DNA of 61,844 nucleotides, the filler included. It is 5 parts of 5 records of this genome, joined end to end, with 100 filler letters (N's around TTAATTAATTAA, not from the genome) between each part and the next. Parts side by side here need not be neighbours in the genome. Positions count along the whole stretch, not along the records: positions 12,054 to 29,474 come from SRR20825010_3394; 4 more parts are not named here. One strand, given 5' to 3'. Position numbers and translations under genes: made by a program. The notes under the pieces are model-generated. The model did no database searches. It was not told the origin of the DNA and saw nothing but the letters and a program-made list of their open reading frames with translations. Below, in pieces: positions 19,571 to 28,999 of the stretch (positions are counted from its first letter, which is position 1; each line of letters begins with the position of its first letter).

Positions 19571-20548
19571 ATGTTGCTGGCCATTGCCGCCGTGATTGGC
19601 GGGCTGATACTGCTGGTATGGAGTGCGGACAAGTTTGTTGAAGGGGCGGCGGGCACCGCCGCCCACGCTGGCATGCCGCCGTTGCTGATCGGCATGCTGA
19701 TTGTCGGCTTTGGCACCTCGGCACCGGAGATGGTGGTGTCGGCGCTGGCGGCGCTGGAAGGCAACCCGTCACTGGCGCTGGGGAATGCCTACGGTTCCAA
19801 CATTTCCAACATCGCCCTGATTCTCGGGGTGGTAGCGGTGATGAGCCCGATACTGGTGAACTCCGCCATCCTCAAGAAAGAGCTGCCCATTCTCACGCTG
19901 GTCACCTTGCTGGCGGGTTACCAGCTTATCGATGGGCACATTTCCCGCATGGACGCCTGGATATTGATTGGCGTGCTGGCGGTGCTGATGGGTTGGTCTA
20001 TCTATGCCGCCATGACTGGCAAGGGGGACGTGCTGGCGGGGGAAGTAGAAACCGACCTGGCAGAGCATCCGCTGCCGCTGAAACAATCCCTGTTCTGGCT
20101 GGTGGTGGGCCTGATCCTGCTGGTGGTCAGTTCCCGGGCGCTGGTCTGGGGGGCGGTGCTGATTGCCCAGTCTCTGGGAGTCAGTGACCTGATCATCGGC
20201 CTCACCATTGTTGCCATCGGCACCTCCCTGCCGGAACTGGCTTCCAGCATTGCGGCGGTGCGCAAGGGGGAACACGATATTGCCTTTGGTAACGTGCTAG
20301 GCTCGAATTTGTTTAACACCCTGGCGGTGGTGGGTATCGCTGGCGCTATCAAGCCCATGTCGGTGGATGCGGGGGTCCTGCAGCGTGACTGGTCCCTGAT
20401 GATGGGGCTGACGCTGGTGTTGTTCGTCATGGGTTTTGGCCTGTGGGGGCGCAAAGGGCAAATTACCCGGAACAACGGCATCGCCTTGCTGGTGGTTTAT
20501 GTGGCGTACATGGCCTATCTGGGGTCGACTATGCTGACGGGGGGCTGA
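19571..20548 (+). CDS. Calcium/sodium antiporter (YrbG family)
   Basis: Duplicated GTSAPE / GTSLPE and GNxxGSN motifs. Confidence 0.93.
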   Translation: MLLAIAAVIGGLILLVWSADKFVEGAAGTAAHAGMPPLLIGMLIVGFGTSAPEMVVSALAALEGNPSLALGNAYGSNISNIALILGVVAVMSPILVNSAILKKELPILTLVTLLAGYQLIDGHISRMDAWILIGVLAVLMGWSIYAAMTGKGDVLAGEVETDLAEHPLPLKQSLFWLVVGLILLVVSSRALVWGAVLIAQSLGVSDLIIGLTIVAIGTSLPELASSIAAVRKGEHDIAFGNVLGSNLFNTLAVVGIAGAIKPMSVDAGVLQRDWSLMMGLTLVLFVMGFGLWGRKGQITRNNGIALLVVYVAYMAYLGSTMLTGG

Positions 20549-20628
20549 TCCCCGCCGGCGTAAGCAGTGGCCGACACTGATGCTAATAGCATGACACCTA
20601 ATGACGAAAGACAAGGAAGCGGCAGGGT

Positions 20629-21750
20629 ATGCGGGATACGGGAATATCGGAAAAACTGGAGCAGCGCGCTTTTCTGTTCTCCCTGGTGGCGGTCAGCGCC
20701 GTCTTTGCCCTGCTGATTCAGCCTTTCTTCGCGCCCATTTTCTGGGCCTGCGCCATTAGCGTTATTTTCTATCCTTTCCACAAAAGGTTGCTGGCCCGCT
20801 GGCCGCAACGGCGCAACCTGGTGGCGCTGTTCACCTTGCTATTGTGCGTGGTGTTAGTAGTGATTCCAGTGCTGGCGGTGGCCACGTCGTTTGTATCCGA
20901 AGGCGTTGGCCTGTTCCAGAAAGTGCAAAGTGGGGAAATTGATCTGGCCAGCTATGTGGACAAGATCAAGCACGCCTTCCCGGGGGTGCAGTCGCTGGCA
21001 GAACGTTTTGATGTGGACCTGGAGAAAATCAAGGAACAGGCGGTCAAAGCCTTTACCGGGGCGGGCCAGTTCCTTGCCAAGCGGGCGCTGGCGGTGGGGC
21101 AGAACACCTTCCAGTTTTTCCTCAACCTGGGCCTGATGCTGTACCTGGCGTTTTTCCTGATCCGCGATGGCGACTCCATGGTAGCCATGCTGATTCGCGC
21201 GTTGCCGCTGGGCGATGAGCGTGAAAAGTTGCTGTTTGCCAAGTTTGCCGAAGTCACCCGTGCCACCATTAAGGGTAACCTGTTGGTAGCGATTACCCAG
21301 GGTGCGCTGGGTGGCCTGATCTTCTGGTGGCTGGGCATTCCCGGGGCCTTGTTGTGGGGCGTGGTGATGGCCGTGCTGTCGTTGATTCCGGCGGTGGGCG
21401 CGGGCCTGATCTGGTTCCCCGTGGCACTGTACCTCTACGCCGTAGGTGACATGAAGGAGGCGACGATCCTGATTCTGTTCGGGGTGTTCGTCATCGGTCT
21501 GGTAGACAATCTGCTGCGCCCGATTCTGGTGGGTCGCGATACCAAGCTGCCCGACTATGTGGTGTTGTTTTCCACCTTGGGCGGGCTGGCCATGTTCGGG
21601 ATAACCGGGTTTGCGGTGGGGCCTTTGCTGGCTGCCCTTTTCGTGGCGTTCTGGGGTATCTTTATCCGTGAATTTAACGAGGAAGGTGTGCCTGCGTTAC
21701 CGGTCGAAAGCGAACCGGATGAGACCCCTTCCGGGAGTGAGGAACGATGA
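20629..21750 (+). CDS. AI-2E family transporter
   Basis: FFLIRDG, IPAVG, DNLLRPILVG, STLGGLAMFG..GP. Confidence 0.92.
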   Translation: MRDTGISEKLEQRAFLFSLVAVSAVFALLIQPFFAPIFWACAISVIFYPFHKRLLARWPQRRNLVALFTLLLCVVLVVIPVLAVATSFVSEGVGLFQKVQSGEIDLASYVDKIKHAFPGVQSLAERFDVDLEKIKEQAVKAFTGAGQFLAKRALAVGQNTFQFFLNLGLMLYLAFFLIRDGDSMVAMLIRALPLGDEREKLLFAKFAEVTRATIKGNLLVAITQGALGGLIFWWLGIPGALLWGVVMAVLSLIPAVGAGLIWFPVALYLYAVGDMKEATILILFGVFVIGLVDNLLRPILVGRDTKLPDYVVLFSTLGGLAMFGITGFAVGPLLAALFVAFWGIFIREFNEEGVPALPVESEPDETPSGSEER

Positions 21751-22508
21751 TTTTTCTACGATTGGTGCTGGCGGCTTCAGTGGCCGGGTTGTCCGCCTTT
21801 GGCTGTGATGAAGACGACGATGGCGGCCTTTTTTCCTCCAGCGACAGCGCCCAGCTTTACTTCCATAACCAGCTCACCCAGGTGGGCGGGGGCAGTGAAG
21901 ACGATATCACCGTGGATCTGTTCGTGGATAACCAGACCACTGCGGTGGAGAGTGGTGTGGCCTACACCACCCGGGGCAGCGTGAGCTCTAACAGCCTGGA
22001 ACTGGATGATGACAGCGAGTCCGTGGCGTTCGATGCCCGCGGGGTTAACTCTGGCAGCACTCTGGTTAACGGCCCGATCAACCGGACGCTGACCGGGGGC
22101 AATCGCTACACAGTGGTTTTGATGGGCGATACCACCTTGGATAACCGCCAGTTGAAAACGTTCAGCCACCAGAGAATGGATGTGGGTAGCGGGCAGATTC
22201 GGGTGCGCTTTATCAACACATTGTCGCGTCTGTCCGGCGATGAGCTGAGCGTCACCGCCAGCGGTAGCGCCCCCGGTGGCCAGGCGTTGGTCAGTGGACT
22301 GGAATATGGCGATGGCAGCAGCTACGTATCCCTGAGTGCCGGCAGCAACCTGGCGGTGACCGTCAACAACGAAACCCAGGGCGTGATCATTGATGATGTG
22401 AGTTGCAGCGTCAGCAGCGGCCGCAGCTACGATGCCATCATCGCGTACACGGAATTCGACAGCGATGACGACCAGATTTCCCTGTACTGCCAGCCGTTCA
22501 GTAACTGA
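21747..22508 (+). CDS. Lipoprotein, DUF4397-like beta-sandwich (copy 1)
   Basis: Lipobox SAFGC then acidic run; RYTVVLMG, RVRFINT, GLEYGDGSSYV. Confidence 0.65.
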   Translation: MIFLRLVLAASVAGLSAFGCDEDDDGGLFSSSDSAQLYFHNQLTQVGGGSEDDITVDLFVDNQTTAVESGVAYTTRGSVSSNSLELDDDSESVAFDARGVNSGSTLVNGPINRTLTGGNRYTVVLMGDTTLDNRQLKTFSHQRMDVGSGQIRVRFINTLSRLSGDELSVTASGSAPGGQALVSGLEYGDGSSYVSLSAGSNLAVTVNNETQGVIIDDVSCSVSSGRSYDAIIAYTEFDSDDDQISLYCQPFSN

Positions 22509-22564
22509 GCGGCGGCAACTTCTCACTACGAAAAACCTCTGAACTGCCAACCAATACCAAAACG

Positions 22565-22596
22565 AAGGGCATCGGTATGATTACGATGCCCTTTTT
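22565..22596 (+). terminator. Intrinsic terminator between the two lipoprotein paralogs
   Basis: AAGGGCATCG-N9-CGATGCCCTT followed by TTT. Confidence 0.7.
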
Positions 22597-22618
22597 CGTG
22601 TTTGTCTCGGGAGAAGTT

Positions 22619-23332
22619 ATGCGAATGATCGGGATGCTGGCGGTGGCCAGTGCAGTAGTCTTGTCCGGCTGTGGCGGTGACGATGATGACGTGGAAGATT
22701 TGCTGCGGGCGCCAGCCAGCCTCTATTTCCACAATCAGCTGACGGATTTTACCGCCCCCGATGCAGCAAGCATTCGCGTGGATGTGGTGACCAACAAGGC
22801 GTCAGACCCGCTGTTTGAGGATGTGGGGTATTCCACCGATGAACAAGGCGGGATGAACCTGAAACTGGATGCCGATACCGAAACCGTCAATTTTCAACCA
22901 CGCAGAAGCACTGTGGATTTACCGGATAAAGACATCTCGCTGGCAGCGGGTGGGAATTACACCCTTGTCTTGATGGGGGATTTGGCAGACAGCTCTCCGT
23001 TACTGAACGCTTTCCGCCAAGAGACGCCTTCTGTGATGGCATCAAACGTTGGGGTGCGCTTTATTCATGCCATGAGCCAGCAGGCAGGCATTGCTTTCTC
23101 TATCGGCACAATTCCAGATCTGCAGTATGGCAAAGCCACAGCCTATTTTTCGGATACCCCCAATGGTAGCAGCCGTCTGGAAGTGGAAGTGAAAGATGCT
23201 GCGGATGACAGCCTGATTGCGACGGTGTCTTGTCCGGTTCAGGCAGGCAAGGTTTACGATGCCATCATTACCCACAAAGGGTTTGCTGATCCCGACATGG
23301 CGATGTTCTGCCAGCAGGTCGAAGGCAGTTAG
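22619..23332 (+). CDS. Lipoprotein, DUF4397-like (copy 2)
   Basis: Lipobox LSGC, acidic run; LYFHNQLT, YTLVLMGD, VRFIHA, YDAII shared with copy 1; start at ATG 22619 after GGAG. Confidence 0.65.
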   Translation: MRMIGMLAVASAVVLSGCGGDDDDVEDLLRAPASLYFHNQLTDFTAPDAASIRVDVVTNKASDPLFEDVGYSTDEQGGMNLKLDADTETVNFQPRRSTVDLPDKDISLAAGGNYTLVLMGDLADSSPLLNAFRQETPSVMASNVGVRFIHAMSQQAGIAFSIGTIPDLQYGKATAYFSDTPNGSSRLEVEVKDAADDSLIATVSCPVQAGKVYDAIITHKGFADPDMAMFCQQVEGS

Positions 23333-23340
23333 TTGATTTT

Positions 23341-23373
23341 GTAGGTCGGCTTAGGGCGTAGCCGTAAGCCGAC
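23341..23373 (+). repeat. GTAG-type REP palindrome (single copy)
   Basis: GTAG + GTCGGCTTA-N11-TAAGCCGAC between convergent genes. Confidence 0.7.
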
Positions 23374-23421
23374 TCCACCCTGTCCACTTGCACCACCGCT
23401 AAAGGGCGGTTTAGCTGGTGT

Positions 23422-24369
23422 TTATTTCAAACGCACCGATGGATCCAGCGTGGGCGCCGTCAACGGGGCCCCCTGGTAGGTGCAGACCTCACCAAAGCGA
23501 TCGTTGGGCCATTGTTGCCAGTCGATCACCGCCTGCTGCAGCCGCTCCTGATCTCGACCGACAAAATTCCACCATAACAACACTGGCTGTCCCAGCGGCT
23601 CGCCGCCCAGCAGCATGATGCGGCTGCCGGCCGAGAGAGTGAGGACCAGAGTGTCGCGGCCCTGCCCCAGATAGTAGAGCTCGCCGCCCTCCAGGGTTTT
23701 TCCTTCCAGTTCCGCATGGCCTTCATTGATACACAGCCCCAGCTCAAAATCCGCAGGGATGGGCAAGGTCAGTCGGCAGGCTTGTGCGGCAACAATATCG
23801 GCGCCCACCAGTGGCGAGAAAACCGTCGCTGGAGAACGGCGCCCGGCCAGCTCGCCCACCACCAGGGTGATGTCGGCGCCATCCTGTTGCCACTGGGGCA
23901 GGTCAGTGTGGTGGGCAAAGGCCGGCGGGATATCCTCATGCTCGGCGGGCAACGCGATCCAGAATTGCAGGCCGTGCATGGGGCCGCTGAATCCCGGCGG
24001 GCTTTCCTCGGAATGGCAGATGCCATGGCCGGCGGTCATCAGATTCAGCTGGCCGGGGGCGATTACTTGCTCATAACCCAGGCTGTCCTTGTGTAGCAGT
24101 GCGCCCTCAAATAACCAGGTCACGGTCTGTAGCCCGATGTGCGGATGGGTGCCTACATCGACTGCATTATCGGGGGTCAGGTCGGTGGGGCCTATGTGGT
24201 CGAGGAAACACCAGGGGCCAATGAGCCGCTGTGAGCGGCTGGGCAAATGCCGAATGATGGGCAGGCCGCTGCCGAGGATGCTTTTGCGCGAATCCACGGG
24301 CGTCAGGGTAGGCTGGCTGGCAAGGTTGGGGCATTCCACCGTTTCGCCGCTGGCGTGGGTATTGCTCAT
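23422..24369 (-). CDS. Pirin-family cupin
   Basis: IGPWCFLDH, HPHIGLQTVTW, MTAGHGICHSE, QFWIALP, WWNFV. Confidence 0.93.
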   Translation of the reverse strand: MSNTHASGETVECPNLASQPTLTPVDSRKSILGSGLPIIRHLPSRSQRLIGPWCFLDHIGPTDLTPDNAVDVGTHPHIGLQTVTWLFEGALLHKDSLGYEQVIAPGQLNLMTAGHGICHSEESPPGFSGPMHGLQFWIALPAEHEDIPPAFAHHTDLPQWQQDGADITLVVGELAGRRSPATVFSPLVGADIVAAQACRLTLPIPADFELGLCINEGHAELEGKTLEGGELYYLGQGRDTLVLTLSAGSRIMLLGGEPLGQPVLLWWNFVGRDQERLQQAVIDWQQWPNDRFGEVCTYQGAPLTAPTLDPSVRLK

Positions 24370-24466
24370 GGCTGTCTCCGTGGCATAGTCCAGATGCGGG
24401 GCGTGACTATGCTTCGAGTATGGAACGCGGTGACAACAATGGAAAGCAAGGGAAAGGGCACGCCTT

Positions 24467-24853
24467 ATGGCCACAGTCAGCCTTCACAGCCACCATCATT
24501 ATGCCCAGCAAATCAACGTACGCCAGCATCGCCTCAGTGCCGATGAGGGCGCGGCAATGGGGGGCGAAGATAGTGGCCCCAACCCGTATGAACTATTGCT
24601 GTCCGGGCTCGGTGCCTGCACCTCGATTACCTTGCGTATGTATGCCGAGCGTAAAGGCTGGGAGCTGGGTGATATTGATGTGCGTTTGGATTTTTACCGG
24701 GATGAGGACGGTGGCGAGCACATCGACCGTATCCTGGTCTGCAGTGCGCCACTCAGCGATGAGCAGCGGCAGCGTTTGCTGGAGATCGCCGCCAAAACCC
24801 CGGTAACCAAAACGGTGCGGCAGGGCGTTGCCATTACCAGCACGTGGAAATAA
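24467..24853 (+). CDS. OsmC/YhfA-family protein
   Basis: GPNPYELLLSGLGACTSITLRMYA; KTPV where the second Cys usually lies. Confidence 0.88.
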   Translation: MATVSLHSHHHYAQQINVRQHRLSADEGAAMGGEDSGPNPYELLLSGLGACTSITLRMYAERKGWELGDIDVRLDFYRDEDGGEHIDRILVCSAPLSDEQRQRLLEIAAKTPVTKTVRQGVAITSTWK

Positions 24854-24915
24854 GCGGCGATTTGGCCCGGCTTTTGGCATACTCGCGCCTCCATTGAATC
24901 AGCGGAGTTGCTTGT

Positions 24916-25200
24916 ATGTTCAAGGTCAACGAATACTTCGATGCCAAAGTGGCATCCATCGCCTTTCAAACCGAATCCAAGCCGGCCACCGTGGGTGTGA
25001 TGGCGCCGGGGGATTATGAATTCGGCACCAGTGAGTATGAAACCATGACGGTGACCAGTGGTGCCCTGACGGTGAAACTGCCGGGCAGTGCCGACTGGCA
25101 GACGTTTGCTGCCGGTGAGACTTTCGAGATTGAGGCGAACCAGAAATTTCAGGTAAAAGTGGCCATCGATACGGCCTATCTTTGCCTGTACGGCGAATAA
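24916..25200 (+). CDS. ppnP: Pyrimidine/purine nucleoside phosphorylase
   Basis: [37 protein letters not shown]. Confidence 0.93.
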   Translation: MFKVNEYFDAKVASIAFQTESKPATVGVMAPGDYEFGTSEYETMTVTSGALTVKLPGSADWQTFAAGETFEIEANQKFQVKVAIDTAYLCLYGE

Positions 25201-25263
25201 TCTGCACGGCCAAAAGAATAAGAGCACCTGCGAAAAACAGGTGCCAACACCAGGGGGAGCCTG

Positions 25264-26166
25264 ATGCCGTTATTTCCTGCCAGGGATGGTGCCACGTTGC
25301 GCGTGCGTTTGCTGGGCCGAGGTCAGCCGGTGCTGATGCTGCATGGCCTGGGGATGCAAGGCCGTGACTGGCTTCCCTTCGTGTTCCCCTTTCTGCGTCG
25401 TTTCCAGTTTGTGATTCCTGATTTGCGCGGTGCTGGCGGTTCGGCAGCGGCCCGTTTCAACCAGGCGGATGTGTTCCACAATCACATGCAGGACATGGAA
25501 GACCTGGTTCACCATTTTGGCCTGCGCGATTTCCCGTTGGTGGGTTATTCCCTGGGGGCGACCACCAGCCTGCACTGGCATGCTCATGGGGATTTTTCTC
25601 CGGTAAAACGCTACCTGCATATTGATCAGTCGCCCTGTACCGATAACAAGGCGGACTGGTCTCACGGGTTGTTCGGCGCGCGGCAGGGGCATTTCTTCGC
25701 CCAGTTGCGTGAGCTGCTGGCTTTGCTGGACGGTGCGCCAGACCAGGGCCGCATTGCCAGTCTGGCACCGGGGTTGCGCGCGGCCATCCTGTCAAGGTTG
25801 ACCGATATCCTCGGGCAGATTGCTGGCCGTCGGGGGCTGCACTCCGCCTTCAGTGCAACGGCCCGCTGGTCGTCGCTATGGGCGCGGGTGTTGCCGGTGA
25901 CGGAACTGGCGGATATCCGTGCGTACCTGAATGCCTACCTGTTTGGTGCCCATGACTACCGGTCCTCTGCGGCCGATTGGGGAGTGCCGGCCACGGTGAT
26001 TACCGGCGCCCGTTCCCCCCTGTACCCCGCCCAGGGGCAGGCCGAGTTTGCCCGTTTGATCGGTGCCCGACATGTTGTTCTGCCCAGATCCGGGCATGTG
26101 CCGCTGATGAGCCAGCCACTGGCGTTTACCCGCGCATTGGGTGATTTTTTGGCCGACACAGAGTGA
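25264..26166 (+). CDS. Alpha/beta hydrolase
   Basis: LHG oxyanion loop, DLRGAG, GYSLG nucleophile elbow, SGH catalytic His. Confidence 0.85.
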   Translation: MPLFPARDGATLRVRLLGRGQPVLMLHGLGMQGRDWLPFVFPFLRRFQFVIPDLRGAGGSAAARFNQADVFHNHMQDMEDLVHHFGLRDFPLVGYSLGATTSLHWHAHGDFSPVKRYLHIDQSPCTDNKADWSHGLFGARQGHFFAQLRELLALLDGAPDQGRIASLAPGLRAAILSRLTDILGQIAGRRGLHSAFSATARWSSLWARVLPVTELADIRAYLNAYLFGAHDYRSSAADWGVPATVITGARSPLYPAQGQAEFARLIGARHVVLPRSGHVPLMSQPLAFTRALGDFLADTE

Positions 26167-26292
26167 TTTTGCGTGTCGCCTGCGGCGTGGTGCGTGCTGC
26201 TTCTCTTTGCTGATAGTGGAATGCTATTTCGCTCTGCCCCCGTTTCTCGCTAGCATAACGGGCCTTTCTGGAGCGGATATCGGAGATATCGG

Positions 26293-27372
26293 GTGGTCGC
26301 CATTCATACCTCAGCCCCGGCGCTGACTCTGCGCGCGGGCAGCGATGCGATTGCGCATTTACGCGAGCATGGCCTGCGGGCCGCCGATGTGGACATCGTT
26401 CCCGGGGCGGCCGGTGGCCCGAAGGCGTTGGGGATCAACGGCCTGGATCAGGCGGTGTTCGGGGATTTTCTGCCGTCGGCGCCGCGCCCGCGTACCTTGA
26501 TTGGTGCCTCCATTGGCAGCTGGCGGTTTGCCGCCATTACCATGGGCGATGCCCGCACCGGCTTGTCCCGCCTGGCCGAACTTTACACCCGGCAGCGTTT
26601 CCCAAAGGGGATTACGGCGAAAGACGTGAGCCATCGCTGCGAGCAGATGTTGTCGGAACTATTACAGGATCGCGACCAGCGTATCTTGCATAACCCGGAT
26701 TATCGGTTGGTAATCGTGGTGATTCGCAGCCGTGGGCTGATGGCCCGCCGCGGCGGTTTGGGCCTGGGGCTGGGTTTGGCGGGGTTGATTGGTACCAACC
26801 TGCTCAGCCGCCGTGCCACGGGCCTGTTTATGGAGCGCGGGTTGGTCTACCCGCGAGGCGCGGATTTGCCGGTGGGCCCGCTCAATGATTTCACCACCCA
26901 CCACGTGGACTTGCAGGCGGACAATTTGCGCGCAGCGTTGCTGGCCAGTGCCGCCATCCCCATGGTGCTGGATGGAGTGACGGCCTTGCCCGGCGCCCCG
27001 GATGGCGTCTATCGCGACGGGGGCATGCTCGACTATCACCTGGACCTGCCTTACCAGAGCGACGGCATCGTGCTGTACCCGCACTTCACCGATCGGGTGA
27101 TCCCCGGCTGGTTCGACAAGCCCCTGCGCTGGCGCAACGGTGACCCGCAGCGGTTGCGGCGCCTGCTGCTGGTGTCCCCGTCCCGGGAGTATCTGGCCAG
27201 CCTGCCCCATGGCAAGCTGCCCGACCGCACGGACTTCAAACATTACCTTGGCGATGATGCTGGCCGTGAGGCGTATTGGCGCAAGGCGGTGGCCGAAAGC
27301 CAGCGGCTGGGTGATGAATTTCTGGAGCTGGTGGAAAGCGGCAAACTGGTGGACCGCCTGCAACCGCTGTAA
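26293..27372 (+). CDS. Patatin-like phospholipase family protein
   Basis: GAAGGPK, GASIG, ASAAIP, RDGG. Confidence 0.8.
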   Translation: MVAIHTSAPALTLRAGSDAIAHLREHGLRAADVDIVPGAAGGPKALGINGLDQAVFGDFLPSAPRPRTLIGASIGSWRFAAITMGDARTGLSRLAELYTRQRFPKGITAKDVSHRCEQMLSELLQDRDQRILHNPDYRLVIVVIRSRGLMARRGGLGLGLGLAGLIGTNLLSRRATGLFMERGLVYPRGADLPVGPLNDFTTHHVDLQADNLRAALLASAAIPMVLDGVTALPGAPDGVYRDGGMLDYHLDLPYQSDGIVLYPHFTDRVIPGWFDKPLRWRNGDPQRLRRLLLVSPSREYLASLPHGKLPDRTDFKHYLGDDAGREAYWRKAVAESQRLGDEFLELVESGKLVDRLQPL

Positions 27373-27376
27373 AGAC

Positions 27377-27473
27377 CCTCCGCAGGAGCGGCGCTTGAGC
27401 CGCGAGTCGGCCTGCCTCAAGCAGGTTCGCGGCTCATCCCTGTAGGGCACAGAGAGCGTCGCTCCTACGGGGG
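27377..27473. repeat. Inverted REP doublet (REPIN-like)
   Basis: GCAGGAGCGGCGCTTGAGCCGCGA ... TCGCGGCTCA[18 nt]AGCGTCGCTCCTAC with inner CCTGC/GCAGG hairpin. Confidence 0.7.
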
Positions 27474-27517
27474 AACGTGTTACCCTCGCCACGTTTTCCC
27501 ATTGACCCGGATCGCCC

Positions 27518-28867
27518 GTGACTGAATCCAGCCTCTCAACAATGACTCTTGTCCGCCAGCTCTGGCAGCAGACCTGGCCCATGGCCTTGGGCGTCATGTC
27601 CCTGCTGGGGTTTTATCTGGTCGACAGTATCTTCGTTGCTCGGCTGGGCACCGCGCCGCTGGCGGCCCAGTCGTTCACCTTTCCGTTGGCGTTTCTGGTC
27701 ATCGGTGTGCAGGTGGGCATCGGCATCGCCATTGCCGCGCTGATTTCCCGGGCTATCGGTGCCGGCCAGCAGGAGCAGGCCAACCGGCTGGGGGCGCTGG
27801 TGCTGGTTGGTGGTGGTGTGCTGCAGGGCGTGCTGGTGCTGGTGCTGTGGTTGATCCAGGAGCCTGCCTTTGCGTTGCTCGGCGCCAGTGAAGAGATTCG
27901 CGCCATGATCCGGCCCTTCTGGGCCTTGCAGGTGCCGGCCATGTGGGTCGGTGGGGTCGTGTACTTTGGCTACAGCCTGTTTCGCGCCCACGGCAACACG
28001 CGTTTTCCCGGCATGATGATGGTGCTCACCAGCCTGTTGAATCTGCTGTTCGACCCGATCCTGATTTTTGGTATCGGCGATTGGCAGGGCTTTGGCCTGC
28101 CCGGTGCGGCGCTGGCAACCCTGCTGGCGTTTTCCATCGGTGGGGTGATTGTGGCCCTGTCTTTGCGGGGCAAGGGTTGGGTGCAGCGCACCGGCATGCT
28201 GGTGCAGATGCGTGCATCGGCCTGGCCGTTTGTGCACATTGCCGGCCCGGCCATGATCAGCCAGCTGATGCCACCGCTGGCCGCCATGGTGGCCACGGCA
28301 CTGGTGGCCCGCTCCGGTGACCAGGCGGTGGCCGCCTGGGGCATGGCCAGCCGGCTGGAAAGTTTTTCCATCGTGTTGGTGTTGGGCATGACCATGGCGC
28401 TGCCGCCCTGGCTGGGACGCTGTTATGGCGGCAATGACTGGGCCACTGTGCGGCGGCTGATGCAGGTGGCGGCGGGCATGGTGATCACCTGGCAGGTGCT
28501 GCTGGGGCTGGTCATGGCGTTGCTGGCGGCACCGCTGGCCAGCGTATTGGTCGACACCCCGGCGGTGCAGGCCTACCTGACCGTGCTGATTCGCTGGATG
28601 CCGCCCAGCTATGGTTTTCTGGGCGTCTGCATGTTGGTGGTATCGGCCAGCAATGCGTTGGGCTGGCCCATGCGCGCCATGCTGATTTCCTTTCTGCGTC
28701 TGTTCCTGTGTTACCTGCCGTTGTTGTGGCTGGGCTTCGAGTTGGGTGGCTTTGGTGGTTTTGCCCTGGGCGCGGCATTCGGCAATGTGCTTGCCGGGGT
28801 GATGGCCTGGGGTTTCTATCAGCAGGCGCTGGCGGGCGTCCGTTCAAAGTTCCAAGTTGAAAGTTAA
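27518..28867 (+). CDS. MATE-family efflux transporter
   Basis: LVDSIFVARLG, SFTFP, RAHGNT, LNLLFDPILIFG, GAALAT. Confidence 0.92.
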   Translation: MTESSLSTMTLVRQLWQQTWPMALGVMSLLGFYLVDSIFVARLGTAPLAAQSFTFPLAFLVIGVQVGIGIAIAALISRAIGAGQQEQANRLGALVLVGGGVLQGVLVLVLWLIQEPAFALLGASEEIRAMIRPFWALQVPAMWVGGVVYFGYSLFRAHGNTRFPGMMMVLTSLLNLLFDPILIFGIGDWQGFGLPGAALATLLAFSIGGVIVALSLRGKGWVQRTGMLVQMRASAWPFVHIAGPAMISQLMPPLAAMVATALVARSGDQAVAAWGMASRLESFSIVLVLGMTMALPPWLGRCYGGNDWATVRRLMQVAAGMVITWQVLLGLVMALLAAPLASVLVDTPAVQAYLTVLIRWMPPSYGFLGVCMLVVSASNALGWPMRAMLISFLRLFLCYLPLLWLGFELGGFGGFALGAAFGNVLAGVMAWGFYQQALAGVRSKFQVES

Positions 28868-28997
28868 AACGCGAGTAAGGTGGGTGCCAGTCGGTCATTT
28901 TGCCGCCGCGGGTCGCCCCAAAAATACTCAGTGCGCGGGCACGGGATTTCCGTTATTACCGCGCTGTCCCGCGCTTTTAAACTTTAAACTTTCAACT
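28841..28997. repeat. About 157-bp element with heptamer-repeat terminal inverted arms
   Basis: Left CGTTCAA-AGTTCCA-AGTTGAA-AGTTAAA-ACGCG; right arm on minus strand AGTTGAA-AGTTTAA-AGTTTAA-AAGCGCG. Confidence 0.7.
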
Positions 28998-28999
28998 CA

